A DNA stretch of 64,000 nt, from assembly GCA_010909165.1 (NCBI GenBank), contig MU008154.1, forward strand, positions 1,229,478-1,293,477, in the 5' to 3' direction. Of this stretch, positions 11,679 to 24,029 are shown piece by piece. The stretch is from Anthoceros angustus (Eukaryota; Plantae; Anthocerotophyta). Within the stretch, counting starts at the first letter, position 1. The number at the start of each line of letters is the position of its first letter. A program made the position numbers and the translations under genes. The notes under the pieces were generated by a model, which saw only the letters and a list, made by a program, of their open reading frames with translations, did no database searches and had not been told where the DNA came from.

Positions 11679-14375
11679 TCACAGCTGGTGGGGTACCGCT
11701 GTGGTGACAGGGCTGCCCTGGAAGCGTTGCAGGAGGTACGAGGAAAGAGGAGACCGGCAGGGGGTGTCGTAGGAAGCATCCAGCAGGGGACCTCTGATCT
11801 TCTTGTTGGTGAGGGTGTGGGGTCGTCGGCATGGAGACTCTGCCTGCCCTCCAACAGGTGAGTCCAATACCGACAACTGGCAGCCTTCCAATGCGCTCAG
11901 CAGAAATTGCCTTTCCTGGACAAGCGGACGGGGAAGAGACGGGTGAGTTTGACGCATGAGCTTGTCCCAGGAGCTTAGGCACGCCAGCTTTGTGCTGGAA
12001 CTTACCGTGTCGGAGAATTGTGGACTTGGCATGCCGTTCATCAAGTGCCGTGAGCTTGGGGTGAGGCTGACTGGGGTGCGAACACTCTGATGTGAAGTAG
12101 TGCGGGGAGGGGACTCCACAGGGATGTCATCCTTCAGTTCACTTGGATTCTCCTCCATTTGCTCTGCCCCTTGAAAACAATCACCCAAATTAGAACATGG
12201 TGTGCATTCCGATCCTACACCCTGTCAGTTACTGTGAATGTTCTCTTGCTCACTGTAGTACATACCTGTTGACTCTTGTGGGCCGGAAGCTTCGTCTGAT
12301 TCTTGCTTGACAGGCAAGTCGTCTTCAGCGTTTCCCAAGCTCGATTGCGATTCTTCTGTAACTCCAAAATCGGCTGCCCCGCCAGTGCAGTCGCATGCAG
12401 CATCTTGCCGCACATCCACACTTGCCGGCTGGTCCCAAGCGTTTTCGAAGGAAATCACTCTTGGGTGCGCACATGAGTCAGGGGACACAGAGAAATGCCC
12501 GGTGCTTTCCGGCATGGCACCAACTGTCAACGGCCTTCAAGCAAGGACAAAACAGCCATCTCAGTTACATTTTTCACGCACGAGTTGGAAGCACGTGTTC
12601 AGAAGCAGGAAAACAATATTTGAACGACTCACGAATCCGACTCACGCATCTAAGTCCGCCTTACCTATGCTGGAGATGAGGACTGAAAGTTCCCGTGTTC
12701 TCTCTTTGCTCATTCATTGGCCCGTCGGCAGCTCTATCAGAGAAGGAGGTAAGGAAGTAGTTCAGAGCGCTTGAAGAAACGGGTGCTTCCATTTTGGCCA
12801 CGGCCAGCCATTCCATTTCCTGCTGTGAGTGAATCAAAGTGTGAGGATGCCATGACGAGGTGGTACACAGGCTATCCAACATAAACATTATATAAGCGAA
12901 CTATCTGCTCCTCCACGAACGGGATTGATGGTACCTTCCAAGACTCAGTCAGCACCGAAGAACAGGCTCTGGAGTCATGATGTCCGTCGAAGTACAGGCC
13001 AACGTTTCTGGATTCTTCAGCTAGGCCTCCCCCTGCAGGAATGCCGCCTAGAGTCAGCAACGCCGCCCACACAAGAGAAGAGGTAACCCACGAGACTTCA
13101 TGGCCAGCATGTGCAACTAACCACGATTCAGAGCACAGCAGCTGACTCCATCTTCTGATATAGGACTAGCAAATGCTCCAGAAAGAAACCCTCTCCAGTT
13201 CTGTTGAAGCACTGAGTCTGGTGTCAAGGCCTGAACAATACCATCGCTCCTGATAATGTCAAGGTAAATTTTGTTCTTAGTCACACTCTTATAGCAGATA
13301 CCAGGTCAATTACTATCATGTAACCTTGCTGCGCATAAAGCGAAAAAAGTACCTTGCTCTTTTACTGCTGGAGTAGTTAGGTGTGCTGCTCTCACTGAAG
13401 TGGTCACTTCCTCTTCTCTTGTGCATGGGCTTGTTGAGCTCAGAACCCATATCCCCACTGCTTTCAGTTTGGGAGCATTCCGATTCCCTTGCATGCTTCC
13501 TGACGAGTGATGTGAACCGATTCTTTACCGCATTGTCTGTCCTGGTACAGGTACATAGCCAGAGAACATATCAGTGATTCATTATACAATGATTCCACAA
13601 ATGCACCCAAAATTTGTACAAGTCAGTCGATCTTTCCGAGTTGGCGTGGAAATGAACCTGCCGGGAAGAACTTTGGCTATTTCCGTCCAGCGGTTACCAT
13701 GCTTCTGATGAGCCTGATGAAGAAGGGTTAGTGAGCAGCCCCTTGATACTGCACGCTCAGGGGCAAACTAAGACCATGAATCAACAGTGATGCTAACCTC
13801 AAACAGAACACGATCCTCCTCGAGAGTCCAGCCACCTTTTTTACTTGGTACATTCAAACAGAGTTGCCATCTGACATCGAAACCCCAAGTAAGAACAAAG
13901 GAGTTACCAAAGTTGAGGCTAATGCATAGACAGACGCAGAACGAGAGAGAAATATGGTACCTTCGCCTACACTGCCTGCCAGTCTTGTTTCCCAGGTGCG
14001 ATGCAATCATTGGCCACCTGGGACAGAGATTGGATCACTTTGCATCACACAACCTGAAACACTCAGTGACGCAAGTGGAAGAAATTCTTCAAAAAGGAAG
14101 TACTCACTTGTCTGTCCCAAGGAGTCGAACTTGATCTCTCAGAATCCTGTCTTCCTGAAATCAACGGAAGAACAAGTTAAACCCCACCGGCACAAAGAGA
14201 GCTGAAGCCCACAAAACCAGTTCGCAACATGAGGCGATGCTCGAATATGCCAGACGGGATCCTGGAAGGCATAAGCACCAACCTTGTCTGTCCATATAAC
14301 GAAATGACGATCACCAGACAAGGACTTCTCGTCGTGGTAATCTGGAGAGACATGATCAGCAAGCCGGACTCCCAT
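11679..14375 (-). CDS. FLP: FOUR LIPS/MYB88-like R2R3-MYB transcription factor (multi-exon)
   Basis: Spliced RHFVIWTDK|EDRILRDQV...|WPMIASHLGNKTGRQCRR|RW...KKGGWTLEED|AHQKHGNRWTEIAKVLPG|RTDNAVKNRF and C-terminal SPQFSDT|ERQFLL motif typical of FLP/MYB88. Middle exons were not fully resolved. Confidence 0.85.
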
Positions 14376-15747
14376 AGTGTCTTCCAGAAGGTCTGGGGCA
14401 GCACCCAAGATTAGTATCAAGCTCACGATATCATTGCGATCCACTAAAACACAACCAATCCTTGCAACGATTCTGAGAGACTCACCTCTATCAGTACCGA
14501 ACAAGCAGACCCTCCTCCTCTTCCCCCTTTTCCAGCACCCACTGTTCTATTCTCTATCTTTCACCAGACCACTCGTGCTTAACCTTTTCTTCCTAAAACG
14601 CCTGTAAAAACGGGAAAGTTTGAAACTCCCGATAATGCAAGACACAAGCCGTGTCCCCGACCCCATTGTCAACCTTCGCCGCTATCATCCTGAGTTTGAT
14701 ACGCAACTACTCTCCATGGATTTTGAATTCCCGCCAACGCCCTCACCAACCGTTCCTCGTCGGCGCTAAACAGCGACACTGTCACAGCATTCCCAACCGC
14801 GCAGGCAGAATTCAAACCTAGCTCACGCCTCACTCCGTCCTCACCAGACCTAGGGCTGAAGCGACATCCAAAACCAGAATCCTTGTGGGATTTCCGCAAT
14901 CCTGCAGACTCGAAAGCCAGTTCCCTCCCACACGAAACCGCAGAGCAAAATTTTCCTCACCAACACCAGCCCCCATCCTCCATTCTTGGCTCCAAGACAA
15001 GGTCCTCAACCCCAGACTCCTGTGCTCCACACCAGAACGACAGGCCCAGCCGTGGCAGCTCCAGTGCGCAGCCTTGCCTTCCCCGCAGAGAGAAACAGAC
15101 CAGGCCACAGAGCCAGCCCCACACCCGCCAGAATCCGGCGGGGAACGGGGTGCAGAGGGGCGAGTTAGGTGAGCTGACGGAGGCACAAGGAGCCTGCTCA
15201 AATGTTCGAAATTGGCGCAGGCGAGAACGCGGAAACAGAGACGCAGGAAGGGGAATGCGGGCGAGGGCCCTGAAAGGGAGAATCGGGAAGAGCGGGGGAT
15301 GTCGGGACAGGGCAGCGGAGCCCAACCCTGCCCAGCCGTGATCGGGCGGGGAAGAGAGACCTTCAAAGGCAAAGAACGAAAAAAGAGAGGGAGAGGACCT
15401 GTTACCGCCCAAGTTTGAATTGCGCCTTGGCTGCCTCCTGGTATTGTACATGTAGATAGCCTTTGTAGCCATACAGCTCATTTTTGTAATCAATATAGCC
15501 CCTACCTACCACCTTGGGTACAATTTGTGCATTTCCCAGCTACCCGTTTGTCAGTTTTCAAAATTCCGGTTTGTATGTGCAATATTTGTTGGCTACAATA
15601 TCCTGCTTGCAGGCATTACGATGAGTTATTTTCAATTTAACTTGTGCAAGACATGTCAAACTGTCGAGCAAATAACTTAGAATCGACACTTATACCAGGG
15701 AACGGACGCGCATCGGGGCGCCCCTCCCCGCGTCCGTTCCCTAATAC

Positions 15748-16293
15748 AAGTTTGTCATCGGCCACAAGGTTACGTGTGAGAAACCCAAGAATGAATTGTG
15801 ATTGGCCACAAGGTTACCACAGTGTTCAACTCTTGCATGGCCGCAACTGATCCGAACGAAGTTGAAATAATGCTTTTGATTCACTTCTCGTCAATCACAT
15901 TACAATTTGAATTGTAGGGCATGAGAGAATGCTTGTAGGGCATGGGAGAATGCGGAAAAGCCGAACACTGGCTCTGGAAATGAAAGGTAGTGAGTCGATT
16001 TTTAGTTAGTGATCCTTACTAGCCATAACAGTTTAGTCGCAAGGTTAAGTGTAAGAAACCCAAGAGACGGGTTTGTAATTGGCCATACGATTATGTGCGA
16101 GAAATCCAAGAATGGCTTGCCATATCAATTTAGACACAAAGTTATGTGGAAGACAGTAAAAAACCCAAGAGACAAGTTTGTCATCGGCGATACGGTTATG
16201 TGTGAGAAACACAAGAATGAATTGTGATTGGCCACAAGGTTACCACAATATTCAACTTCTGCATGGCCGCAACTGATCTGAACGGAGTTGAAA
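15748..16293. repeat. Locally duplicated ~120-bp unit with internal sub-repeats (probable transposon relic)
   Basis: caagtttgtcatcgg...gaatgaattgtgattggccacaaggttaccac...gcatggccgcaactgatc occurs near 15748 and 16172; gtgagaaacccaaga-like motif repeated several times. Confidence 0.7.
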
Positions 16294-16479
16294 TATGACG
16301 CCCAGAGTGTAGCCTTAAACAATGATAGAAGTTGGATAAGTTGGAGATGGATTTCATAAGGGAACACCTTGGGGTCCGGCAACATGTGTAAACAAAATTG
16401 CAGACTCCCTCAAACAAATTCTTTAGCACAAGACATTATCTAAAAACTTGAACTATCTATCAACTATCCCCTTTCCAGT

Positions 16480-16760
16480 GTCGTGGCATATTTCATGCAC
16501 TGGATTTCCATTGCCCTGCAAAGGGCGTTGGCCAGCGCCATCCTTAGGACGATCACGAGTGCTGGAGACGCGGCATCGGCAACATTAGTGGTAAGTAGGC
16601 CCTTCTCTATCTCGGACGGCGACAACTTGGGGGCAGTTGGGGGTTATAGGGTAGATTCGTGCAGGTGTACGCCCCCCTGATTTGGTGCCCCGTCATGGGT
16701 TGTGCCCTTTCACCTCGAGGTAGATGGGATTTCCCATCTTGTTCTTTTTATAAAGTCTCC
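16480..16760 (+). mobile_element. 5'-truncated 3' fragment of an RLE-type (CRE-like) non-LTR retrotransposon
   Basis: Encodes VVAYFMHWISIALQRALASAIL..., homologous to 39530-39640; ends in TAAAGTCTCC like the 39.7-kb copy; followed shortly by (TTGAAC)n. Confidence 0.6.
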
Positions 16761-17025
16761 ACATTCTCCTCATTCAACTTGAACTTGAACTTGAACTTAT
16801 GAAGTAGTACAAAGATAGCCCTACTCCATATCATATCTACATACCTGAATAATATATTTTGGCATATAATTTTATTTATTAAATACTTTTATCAATGCTC
16901 CACAAATGATTATAATCGACGGTGAACAAGTTTGATATGTAGAACACTCGTCTTAGGGCAGACTCCCCGATGACGAGATTCTTAGGGTGGTAAGTAGTTT
17001 TGAGAAGTCTTAGAGGACTCCCCGA

Positions 17026-20000
17026 TTTTTTTTTTTTAATTTGGTATTTTGAAAATAAATCAAAACAACCCCGGGGGAGAAATCTTCAGCAAGGGTTCTG
17101 ATTCCCCTATGTTACACATCGTATCATCCCAACAGAAGAGACTTTACTCTTCCCGAGGTCATCCGAGTACGTGCCTAAATACCATCGGTTATGGGACTTG
17201 GGAAGAACTCCTCACCCACTAAAACTCCCCACCTTTACCTTTGCCCGAGAATAAGGGCTGCCATACATTGCTGCTTCGGCTCCAATAAAATCGCCATCTT
17301 GAACCTGTCCGTCCCAAACCAATTGCCTCCCCATCCCCAATGATCGTTCTCACCCAAGAACGCACTCCTGTGGAAGGTCTTCGCATCCTTCCAATAGGAC
17401 CCGCCCCACCAAGATGATGATTGACCATCCCAGTCACCCTTAAGGCGGCCCATATGGTAATACCTCCGCGGAAAAGGGCCACTGACGAAACCCGGTGTCC
17501 CCTTTCTTCAAGGTCCAGAAAGCGGACCCTCTCACGTAACCCCTAGAGAACAACTACTTTATCCTCACCTCCACTGAAAACTGTGAACTCACACTTTGCG
17601 AATGAGCTCTCCCATAATCCTCTGCCGCGCCGAGAGGACGTGGTTGCACTCAAGAAGAAGATGTGCTAAAGATTTCCGATCCGCATTGCGAGAGGGCGCT
17701 CAAGGTGTGTTGAGGCACCACCCCAAACCGAATAGCGGCTCCAAAGATAAGAGCCCTGTTCTAGCTCGAATGACATGAGTAATCGTAGCCGGACATCGAA
17801 TCGGGCGAAGCTCGTGAGATAAACCGACGAGAAGCCGAGAAACCCCTTTGGACATACAAAGGCAAACCGAAGGTACTACTATGCTCGAGTTGGCTCCAAA
17901 GACGACAAAACGGTTTAAGGTGTGACTCAAGACCTCAAACCTCTCCGGGCGAGCCCCAAACCGTTCACCCTCTTTTGCCCGTTATAGACCCAGGTGTGTT
18001 TGTGTCTCTTGTTACGATGGGGTCGGTACTTGAAGAGGTCTCCAACATAGGAAGAGAGTGTCGGGAATTTAAAGAAGGCTCGCCGACCACAGAGGCAAAA
18101 AGGAGTAACCCCAAGCTCCTCAGAAGAGGACCAGACCACCGAGTGGAAGCACCTGGTTTTCCAATTATCCACATGGGCGCCTTGTGTACGAGGGCCCCAA
18201 GCTTCTTTGTCTGCTGAGCCCCAATAATCCCCAAAAGTTCGGCTCCATGAAAGCATGCTGGTAAAATGACAGAGCGCAGTATTGAGACCCGGAATGCAGT
18301 GGGAATCCTCTTAGATTTGAGAACGTGTTTGTACGAAGAGAGGATGCGGGTCCCAAGGTGCAGACGATCCTGGATGATAGTTTTCAGGGACAAACTTTCA
18401 TCCAATACGATGCCCAGATACGTATACTCTTGTACATAAGGAACTACTGCACCAGCCAACAACATAGGTGTCTGTCTAAAATCCTGAATCTGTTGGGGGC
18501 TGCCATGCCACACCGAAACACCATATTTGCTGATGCCGAAAGTCATACCCCATTGTAGAGCCCACGCGGACAGGTGGTCTAGAGTCCTCTGCAGCTCGGT
18601 CGGCGATTCACCCAATACTAGAAGGTCGTCCGCATAAAGGAGGGCATCCAGATTGTACGGCATCCCAGGGACCTCCACACCAACCGGGGAGAAAGTCTCA
18701 TGGGATACCGGTCTCCCTGGCTTTGGCGACACGAATAGGTCGTTGATAAAAACATTGAATAGACAGGGGGAGGCGGGGAATCCTTGTCGTAACCCGCAAA
18801 GGACATCAAAGGGTTCAAAGGTATCTTCCCCGATTCTAACCCTCATTCGGGCCGAGGCATACAAGACCCGGAAGAATGTGAGGGCCGACCCATGCACCCC
18901 GGCTCTCTCCAGCTTATAAAACAATGCCCAGTGGGGCACCGTGTCACAGGCTTTTCGAAAGTCAATATAGGCCACATAAGTTGGGAGCCCAACATTCCTC
19001 CTACGTCCTGCCACCTCCATAGCTGATACCACTTGCGCCATACACTCATTTCTTGGCCGGAAACCCGCTTGACCCGGGTGAAAGAAGTTGGCACTCCAAC
19101 CTCGCACTGTAATGATGATCTTGGTAGCAATTTTGAGGGCCACGGATATGAGGGCAATGCCTCTATAATTATCTGGCAGAGTCATATCTCCCTTTTTCCC
19201 GATGGAGACCACGTTAGCCGTATTGATATGGGCAGGGAATGGGGTGGAGCCACACCTCATTGACATACCGGAGGAAAGCAATGCCCATCTTCGATTTAGG
19301 TGCACAGGAACCACCCCGCACACGGCGGCCTTTGTCGGCTAGCAGGATTCGAAACCAGGCCGGGGGATACCATCGGGCCCCGGGGCCCTATGTGGGGACA
19401 TTTGGTGCAGGGCCTTGCGAACCTCTCCCCAACGAATGAGAGCATTGATCCCTGGAAGGGGGTCAACCGGCGGAGGGGGTGGGAGAGGAGGCAAGGTTTG
19501 TCGCACCCCAACAAGCTTCCGATAATGTTGTAACCAGAAGTTCACAATGGCAGGCTCCGTGACCTGCAACCTGCCATCTTCATCTTGCATGGGCGCCAAC
19601 TTAGAACCCCCATGGACCTTTTTTCCGACGAGTCCCTGTAGCCATCTCCACAGGGACTTATGATCTCTGCGCATCACGAAGCTTTGTCCCAATCGGATGG
19701 ATTTGAGAAACTGGGCCTTGCCCTCTGCCCTGGAGAGAGTGCAAACTCTCTTACAGAGATCCAGCCACGAATCATAAGAAGTTTTCTTATCCACCAGCGT
19801 ACTGCGACGCAACACCTTGTAAGCCGCTTTACGTTGTTTGATGAGTCTTTTTAACTCCTCTGAGAGGTGGGGGCCAGGAGCGGGGGTGGGCTTGGGGGCA
19901 GTTTTAATCCCAAGTTCTGTGGCAATGGAGTTGGAGAGGTCCGAAAAGGAGTCCTCCCCATCGGTCCACCGCAGGGCCTCCCACCGATTATCGCTCAAAA

Positions 20001-21332
20001 TGGTATCTGTATGCGTAGCAATCTTCTTGACCACCACCCGGGGAAGGGGGGCGGGAGAAGGGGCTTGGGGGGCCAATGCCGACAACCTGAAGGACACTTG
20101 AAGGGGCCAGTGGTCAGAGAGATCGCACGACTTCCGCACACGGGGACGTGTGAGTTTGGAGCGGGCACATTCATTAACCCACAGATGGTCGACAGCCGAC
20201 TTAGGGACCCCCATTTTCGAATGAAACGTGGCCGGGTCCCCAAGGGGCCGTAAACCCGAGGGAGGGGTAGGCAGATGAAGTCCCCACTTGTCAATGTCAT
20301 TACAAGGTGTGTTGAAGTCTCCCATAATGAGCGTTGGGCTATCAGTAAATCTGCCCAAGAGTTCTCGAAGTCGGTGCTTGATCTCCTTTCGAGCAGCTAT
20401 TCGAGCATCACGGTGTCGACGTTGCGGGACATATATAGAACCGACAAGCCAAGGGATAGATCCGAAACGACCCCCACTGACCAGGGCAAACACCGAATAG
20501 GGGCTAGGAATCCCAAGGGGGGCCACTCGAAATTCGCTGGACACTACCAAAGCAAGGCCACGTGCACCAATGAGAGAGGGATTGTCAGCGCTAGAGATCG
20601 TCTCGAACCCCGGGAACGCGAGAGGCCAGTGGCCATTCGCTACCCGGGTTTCTTGCAAAGCCAAGATACCCCAGGATCTAGTGGCCATTTGGCTCATGAG
20701 TTCCCTACCCTTGTGACGAACTCCGTTTATGTTCCAAGAGGCAAATCGGAGACTAGGGGAAGGGGCCAAAGCAGAAGGGTCCTTTCGTAGTCGGAGTGCA
20801 TAGGGGACATGAGGTTTAACCCGAAAGGGGCGCGACCTAGGATCTAGCTTCATCCACCGGCGGAGGGCTCCAATCCCGGTGGAAATCCTAAGGAAAATGT
20901 CAAACCTCGTCCTACACTCCTCCCCTGTCTTGGTCTCCGAAACCCGGTCCCACTTCACAATGTTTTGCATGACCCAGATTGGTAGAATGGCAGCCAGTAG
21001 GGTGCCGAAAGCAGACGCAGAGTAGCCCCCCGCGCCCCAAATGCACACCGGAGTAATACTTAGGAAAACGGGGGCAAATGGGCGCAGGAGTAGAAGGCGC
21101 CATGGCGTGGGGGTCTCAAATACAACGGTCACAAAGGGTCCGAAAGTCGAGATTGCGGCTAGCTCGACACGAGAAAAGGGCCGATGTTGCTTCCCCAACT
21201 CCAGAGGAGTAGAGGACCGCGGGGCAACACCGCCTACCCTTAAGCTACTAGTAAGAGACTTGGCTTCGGGACCGCCACGGGGAGGCGTCTCTCAACAAGG
21301 CACGTAGCATATATCTTGTTTTTTGGTCCCAA
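17026..21332 (-). mobile_element. Full-length non-LTR retrotransposon (LINE): APE endonuclease, RT and C-terminal Cys/His motif in one frameshifted polyprotein; poly(A) tail and TSD
   Basis: APE motifs SWNING, LALQET, MGDFN, DHLWV, SDHWP (19339-21198); RT motifs NYRGIAL, QAGFRP, IDFRKA, GLRQG, YADDL, YTYLG (17965-19323); SHLLLEC near 17650-17670; T12 at 17026-17037; frameshifts near 19350 and further 3'. Confidence 0.95.
21252..21330 (-). ncRNA. HDV-like self-cleaving ribozyme (minimal, P4-less) at the 5' end of the LINE
   Basis: Minus strand: P1 GGGACC/GGUCCC; P2 UGAGAGAC/GUCUCUUA; P3 GCC/GGC; L3 UCCCCGU; J4/2 GAAG-C-CAA; J1/2 with AACAAG/CUUGUU hairpin. G1 at 21330 is 2 nt from the TSD. 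Confidence 0.85.
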
Positions 21333-21544
21333 AGGACTCCCCGATGACGAGATTCTTAGAACGGTAAGTAATTTTGAGAAAAGTATCGTGGGAATAGGTC
21401 TCCTTGGCCTAGTGCCCTTTGGTTGACCCCCGTTTTTTTTTTTCCTGCTGTGGATGATGTTTTTTCCATCTCTTTTCTTTCTGCATAAAGTCTCACTAAC
21501 GCTCGTCTTATGAACACCCGGTGTCGGGCACGGTTTATAAAGGT

Positions 21545-21695
21545 GGCCTGGGCTGGAGGGCCCAATTCCATGTCTACACGAAAATCGGCCCTAAAATAAC
21601 TTTTGGTCAATGTGTTATAGGTTTCCGAGAAACACCTTTGGCCGGTGCTGTCATGAATTGAGAAGGGGTTTAGGGTTTTGGGCTTAGGTTTAGCT
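21545..21695 (+). promoter_or_regulatory. Site-II-like (TGGGCY/GGCCCA) motifs and telo-box (TAGGGTTT) upstream of prohibitin
   Basis: tgggct ~21549, gggccca ~21559, gggtttagggtttt ~21665-21678; this pairing is typical of plant housekeeping promoters. Confidence 0.5.
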
Positions 21696-21754
21696 TCCTC
21701 TTTCTCCAGTTCACCAGAACAGCGAGGGAGCGTAGGCAGCTTGAATCTCTGACA

Positions 21755-22920
21755 ATGAATATCAACATGCGTAATGTGAAGTTGCCATCCGGAGGGCCAG
21801 CTGCGACGCTGGCCAAGCTTGCCGTGGTGGGAGGACTGGGAGTGTATGGAGCGTTCAACAGTCTCTACAATGTGGAGGGAGGGCACCGTGCAATCGTCTT
21901 CAATCGAATTGTAGGCATCAAGGACAAGGTGTATCCGGAGGGTACGCATTTCATGGTCCCTTGGTTTGACAGACCTGTTATATATGATGTGCGAGCTAGG
22001 CCACACATGGTGGAGAGTACATCTGGCAGCAAGGATCTGCAAATGGTAATCTACAGGTTACCCCCACTGGTTTTCTTCGCTTCTCTGCCGTGGTCTAGGG
22101 TTTAGGGTGACTTCTTTTGATGGATTCCCATTGATCTGGACAGGTGAGGATCTCTCTTCGTGTCCTGACAAGACCTATGGCGGATATGCTTCCCACCATT
22201 TATCGAACACTTGGCCAAGACTACGCTGAGCGAGTTCTGCCATCGATTGTTCAAGAGACACTCAAGGCTGTTGTTGCACAATATAATGCTAGTCAGCTTA
22301 TCACTCAACGTGAGGTATGTTTCAAAGTGACCAAGCATGTAAGTTTGCTTACTTGTGTGTGGGGTGACACATTGGGACTGTCTCTTGCAGGTTGTGAGCA
22401 GGGAAATTCGCCGAATACTGCATGAGCGGGCTGCAAACTTTAACATAGCTCTGGATGATGTATCGATCACCAATCTCACGTTCGGTAGAGAGTTCACAGC
22501 AGCCATTGAGGCAAAGCAGGTTGCTGCGCAAGAAGCTGAGCGTGCAAAGTTTGTGGTGGAGAAAGCCGAGCAGGACAAGCGAAGTGCGATTATCCGAGCT
22601 CAGGTCTCTGTCTATGTCTCATAGCTGCTGTCAGAAACTTCCGGTCTTACTTGATGCCTGAGTGTTGAGATGTAAGTTTCGGTTATGATGCTGCTGTGTG
22701 GCAGGGAGAGGCAAAAAGTGCACAGCTTATTGGCGAAGCCATATCGAACAACCCTGCATTTATCACTCTCAGGAAGATTGAAGCCAGTCGAGAAATTGCC
22801 AACACTATCTCGACATCCACGAACAAAGTGTTTCTGAATGCCGATTCTCTGCTTCTCAACATTCAGGAGGTGGGGAGTGACGACGGTGGTCAGCTGATGT
22901 CCAACAAAATGAAAAAGTGA
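21755..22920 (+). CDS. PHB: Mitochondrial prohibitin, PHB2-type; exons 21755-22045, 22144-22314, 22391-22603, 22705-22920
   Basis: [21 protein letters not shown]|[52 protein letters not shown]|GEAKSA; GT-AG introns in frame. Confidence 0.96.
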
Positions 22921-23589
22921 TTCGCCGTCCAGAACACTTCATTCGGCACATTTCTATTGAGGGCCACGTTGCAGGCTCGAGAGTGTGAGATTGGATTTGG
23001 AGACGCATTGTCACTGCAATTTTGGGGAAAAGTATGAAGTCTCCAGTAGCATCAGGTACTGAGCTGTTCTGTTTAGACCGATTTATTTCGTTATGCTCAC
23101 CCTTCTCCGTAGAATCTCTTCCCTTTAGTTTTTGCTACAGATCTGGCCTCCCAAATTGCTTGGCTTGGTGGTCTGTACCGCAGCGGTGCCCACCGAGGAT
23201 CCTGAATATCTGTATATCCTCGTACAGACCTGGTATCTTGGACTGATAAAAAGTCAGGTCTCGTTCACTCGATGATAGGATGCACGTGCTCCCAAGAGTA
23301 TCTCGACCTCATTCGATCCCTGCTGCAGATCTATGTGGCAGCAACTCGCAAGTTGTCCAATTTGCAACTTCTACTCAACATAACTCCCCGTTCCCTGTAT
23401 CCTGCGCACTGCACTCTGACAAATTCTACCATGCTGTGCCTCGGGGTGTCCGCGACGATCAATCCCTCGGAAACGACTACTGAAGCTTTGCTGCGGTTCA
23501 GCCCCCGGTGCAATGGCATCCGGGGCGGCCACCATTGCAGTCCCTCTCTTCAGAAAAGGGTTCACGGACTTCCTGCCTTACAAAAAACG

Positions 23590-24029
23590 TCACATGCGAC
23601 GTGAACATGGTAAGCAAGCCGGACTACGGAATCCTTTCTTCTGATTCGAGTTTAGGCATCGACAGTCCCACTCTGCCTGCCGTGTCTGTCAAGCGGGCCT
23701 GCAGCTCGTTTGTTCTGTCGATGTCAATGTTGTAGGAACGTAACAAATCCTGCAGCATCCAGTGAACCTCCCGTTCATCATCTTGTCCTCAACGAATTCC
23801 TCACCAGAAGAAGAAGTTGTCTACTTACTTTGTGATGGTGCACGCTGGTGATCAGAGTTGTGTAATCCTCCGCAAGAGACATCTTTTGCTTGATCACGGA
23901 AGCATCCGTGAGACCTGCATTCTTCCGAAATTCCGCCACCACAAATTCCCTGAAATGAACATTTTTCTCATCACCACGCACATGAACATGCACCGCTCTG
24001 AGGAGGTTCCTCAGCGCTGCCCTGGCCAT
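23590..24029 (-). CDS. Small mitochondrial LYR-family / FMC1-like protein; exons 23829-24029 and 23590-23749
   Basis: ALRNLLRAV...FREFVVAEFRKN...LAEDYTTLITSVHHHK|DLLRSYNIDIDR...TAGRVGLSMP; the 3' end could be alternatively spliced. Confidence 0.75.

Larger units (their letters stand above)
16961..21384. repeat. 55-bp tandem duplication whose second unit is interrupted by the LINE; 13-bp TSD AGGACTCCCCGAT (17014-17026 and 21333-21345)
   Basis: gactccccgatgacgagattcttag..ggtaagta.ttttgagaa starts at 16961, restarts at 17016 and resumes at 21335. Confidence 0.9.

Noticed and set aside
14669-15493. Several overlapping 60-180 aa ORFs upstream of the MYB gene
   Set aside because: GC-rich leader or promoter sequence without recognisable protein similarity.
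4079-21330. Functional link between tRNA ligase (acts on 2',3'-cyclic phosphate and 5'-OH ends) and the ribozyme-bearing LINE
   Set aside because: Chemically complementary, but they are ~9 kb apart with unrelated genes between; proximity gives no evidence of a system.
23090-23565. Possible extra small minus-strand gene between prohibitin and the LYR gene
   Set aside because: Could not build a consistent spliced frame or recognise homology; may be 3' UTR.
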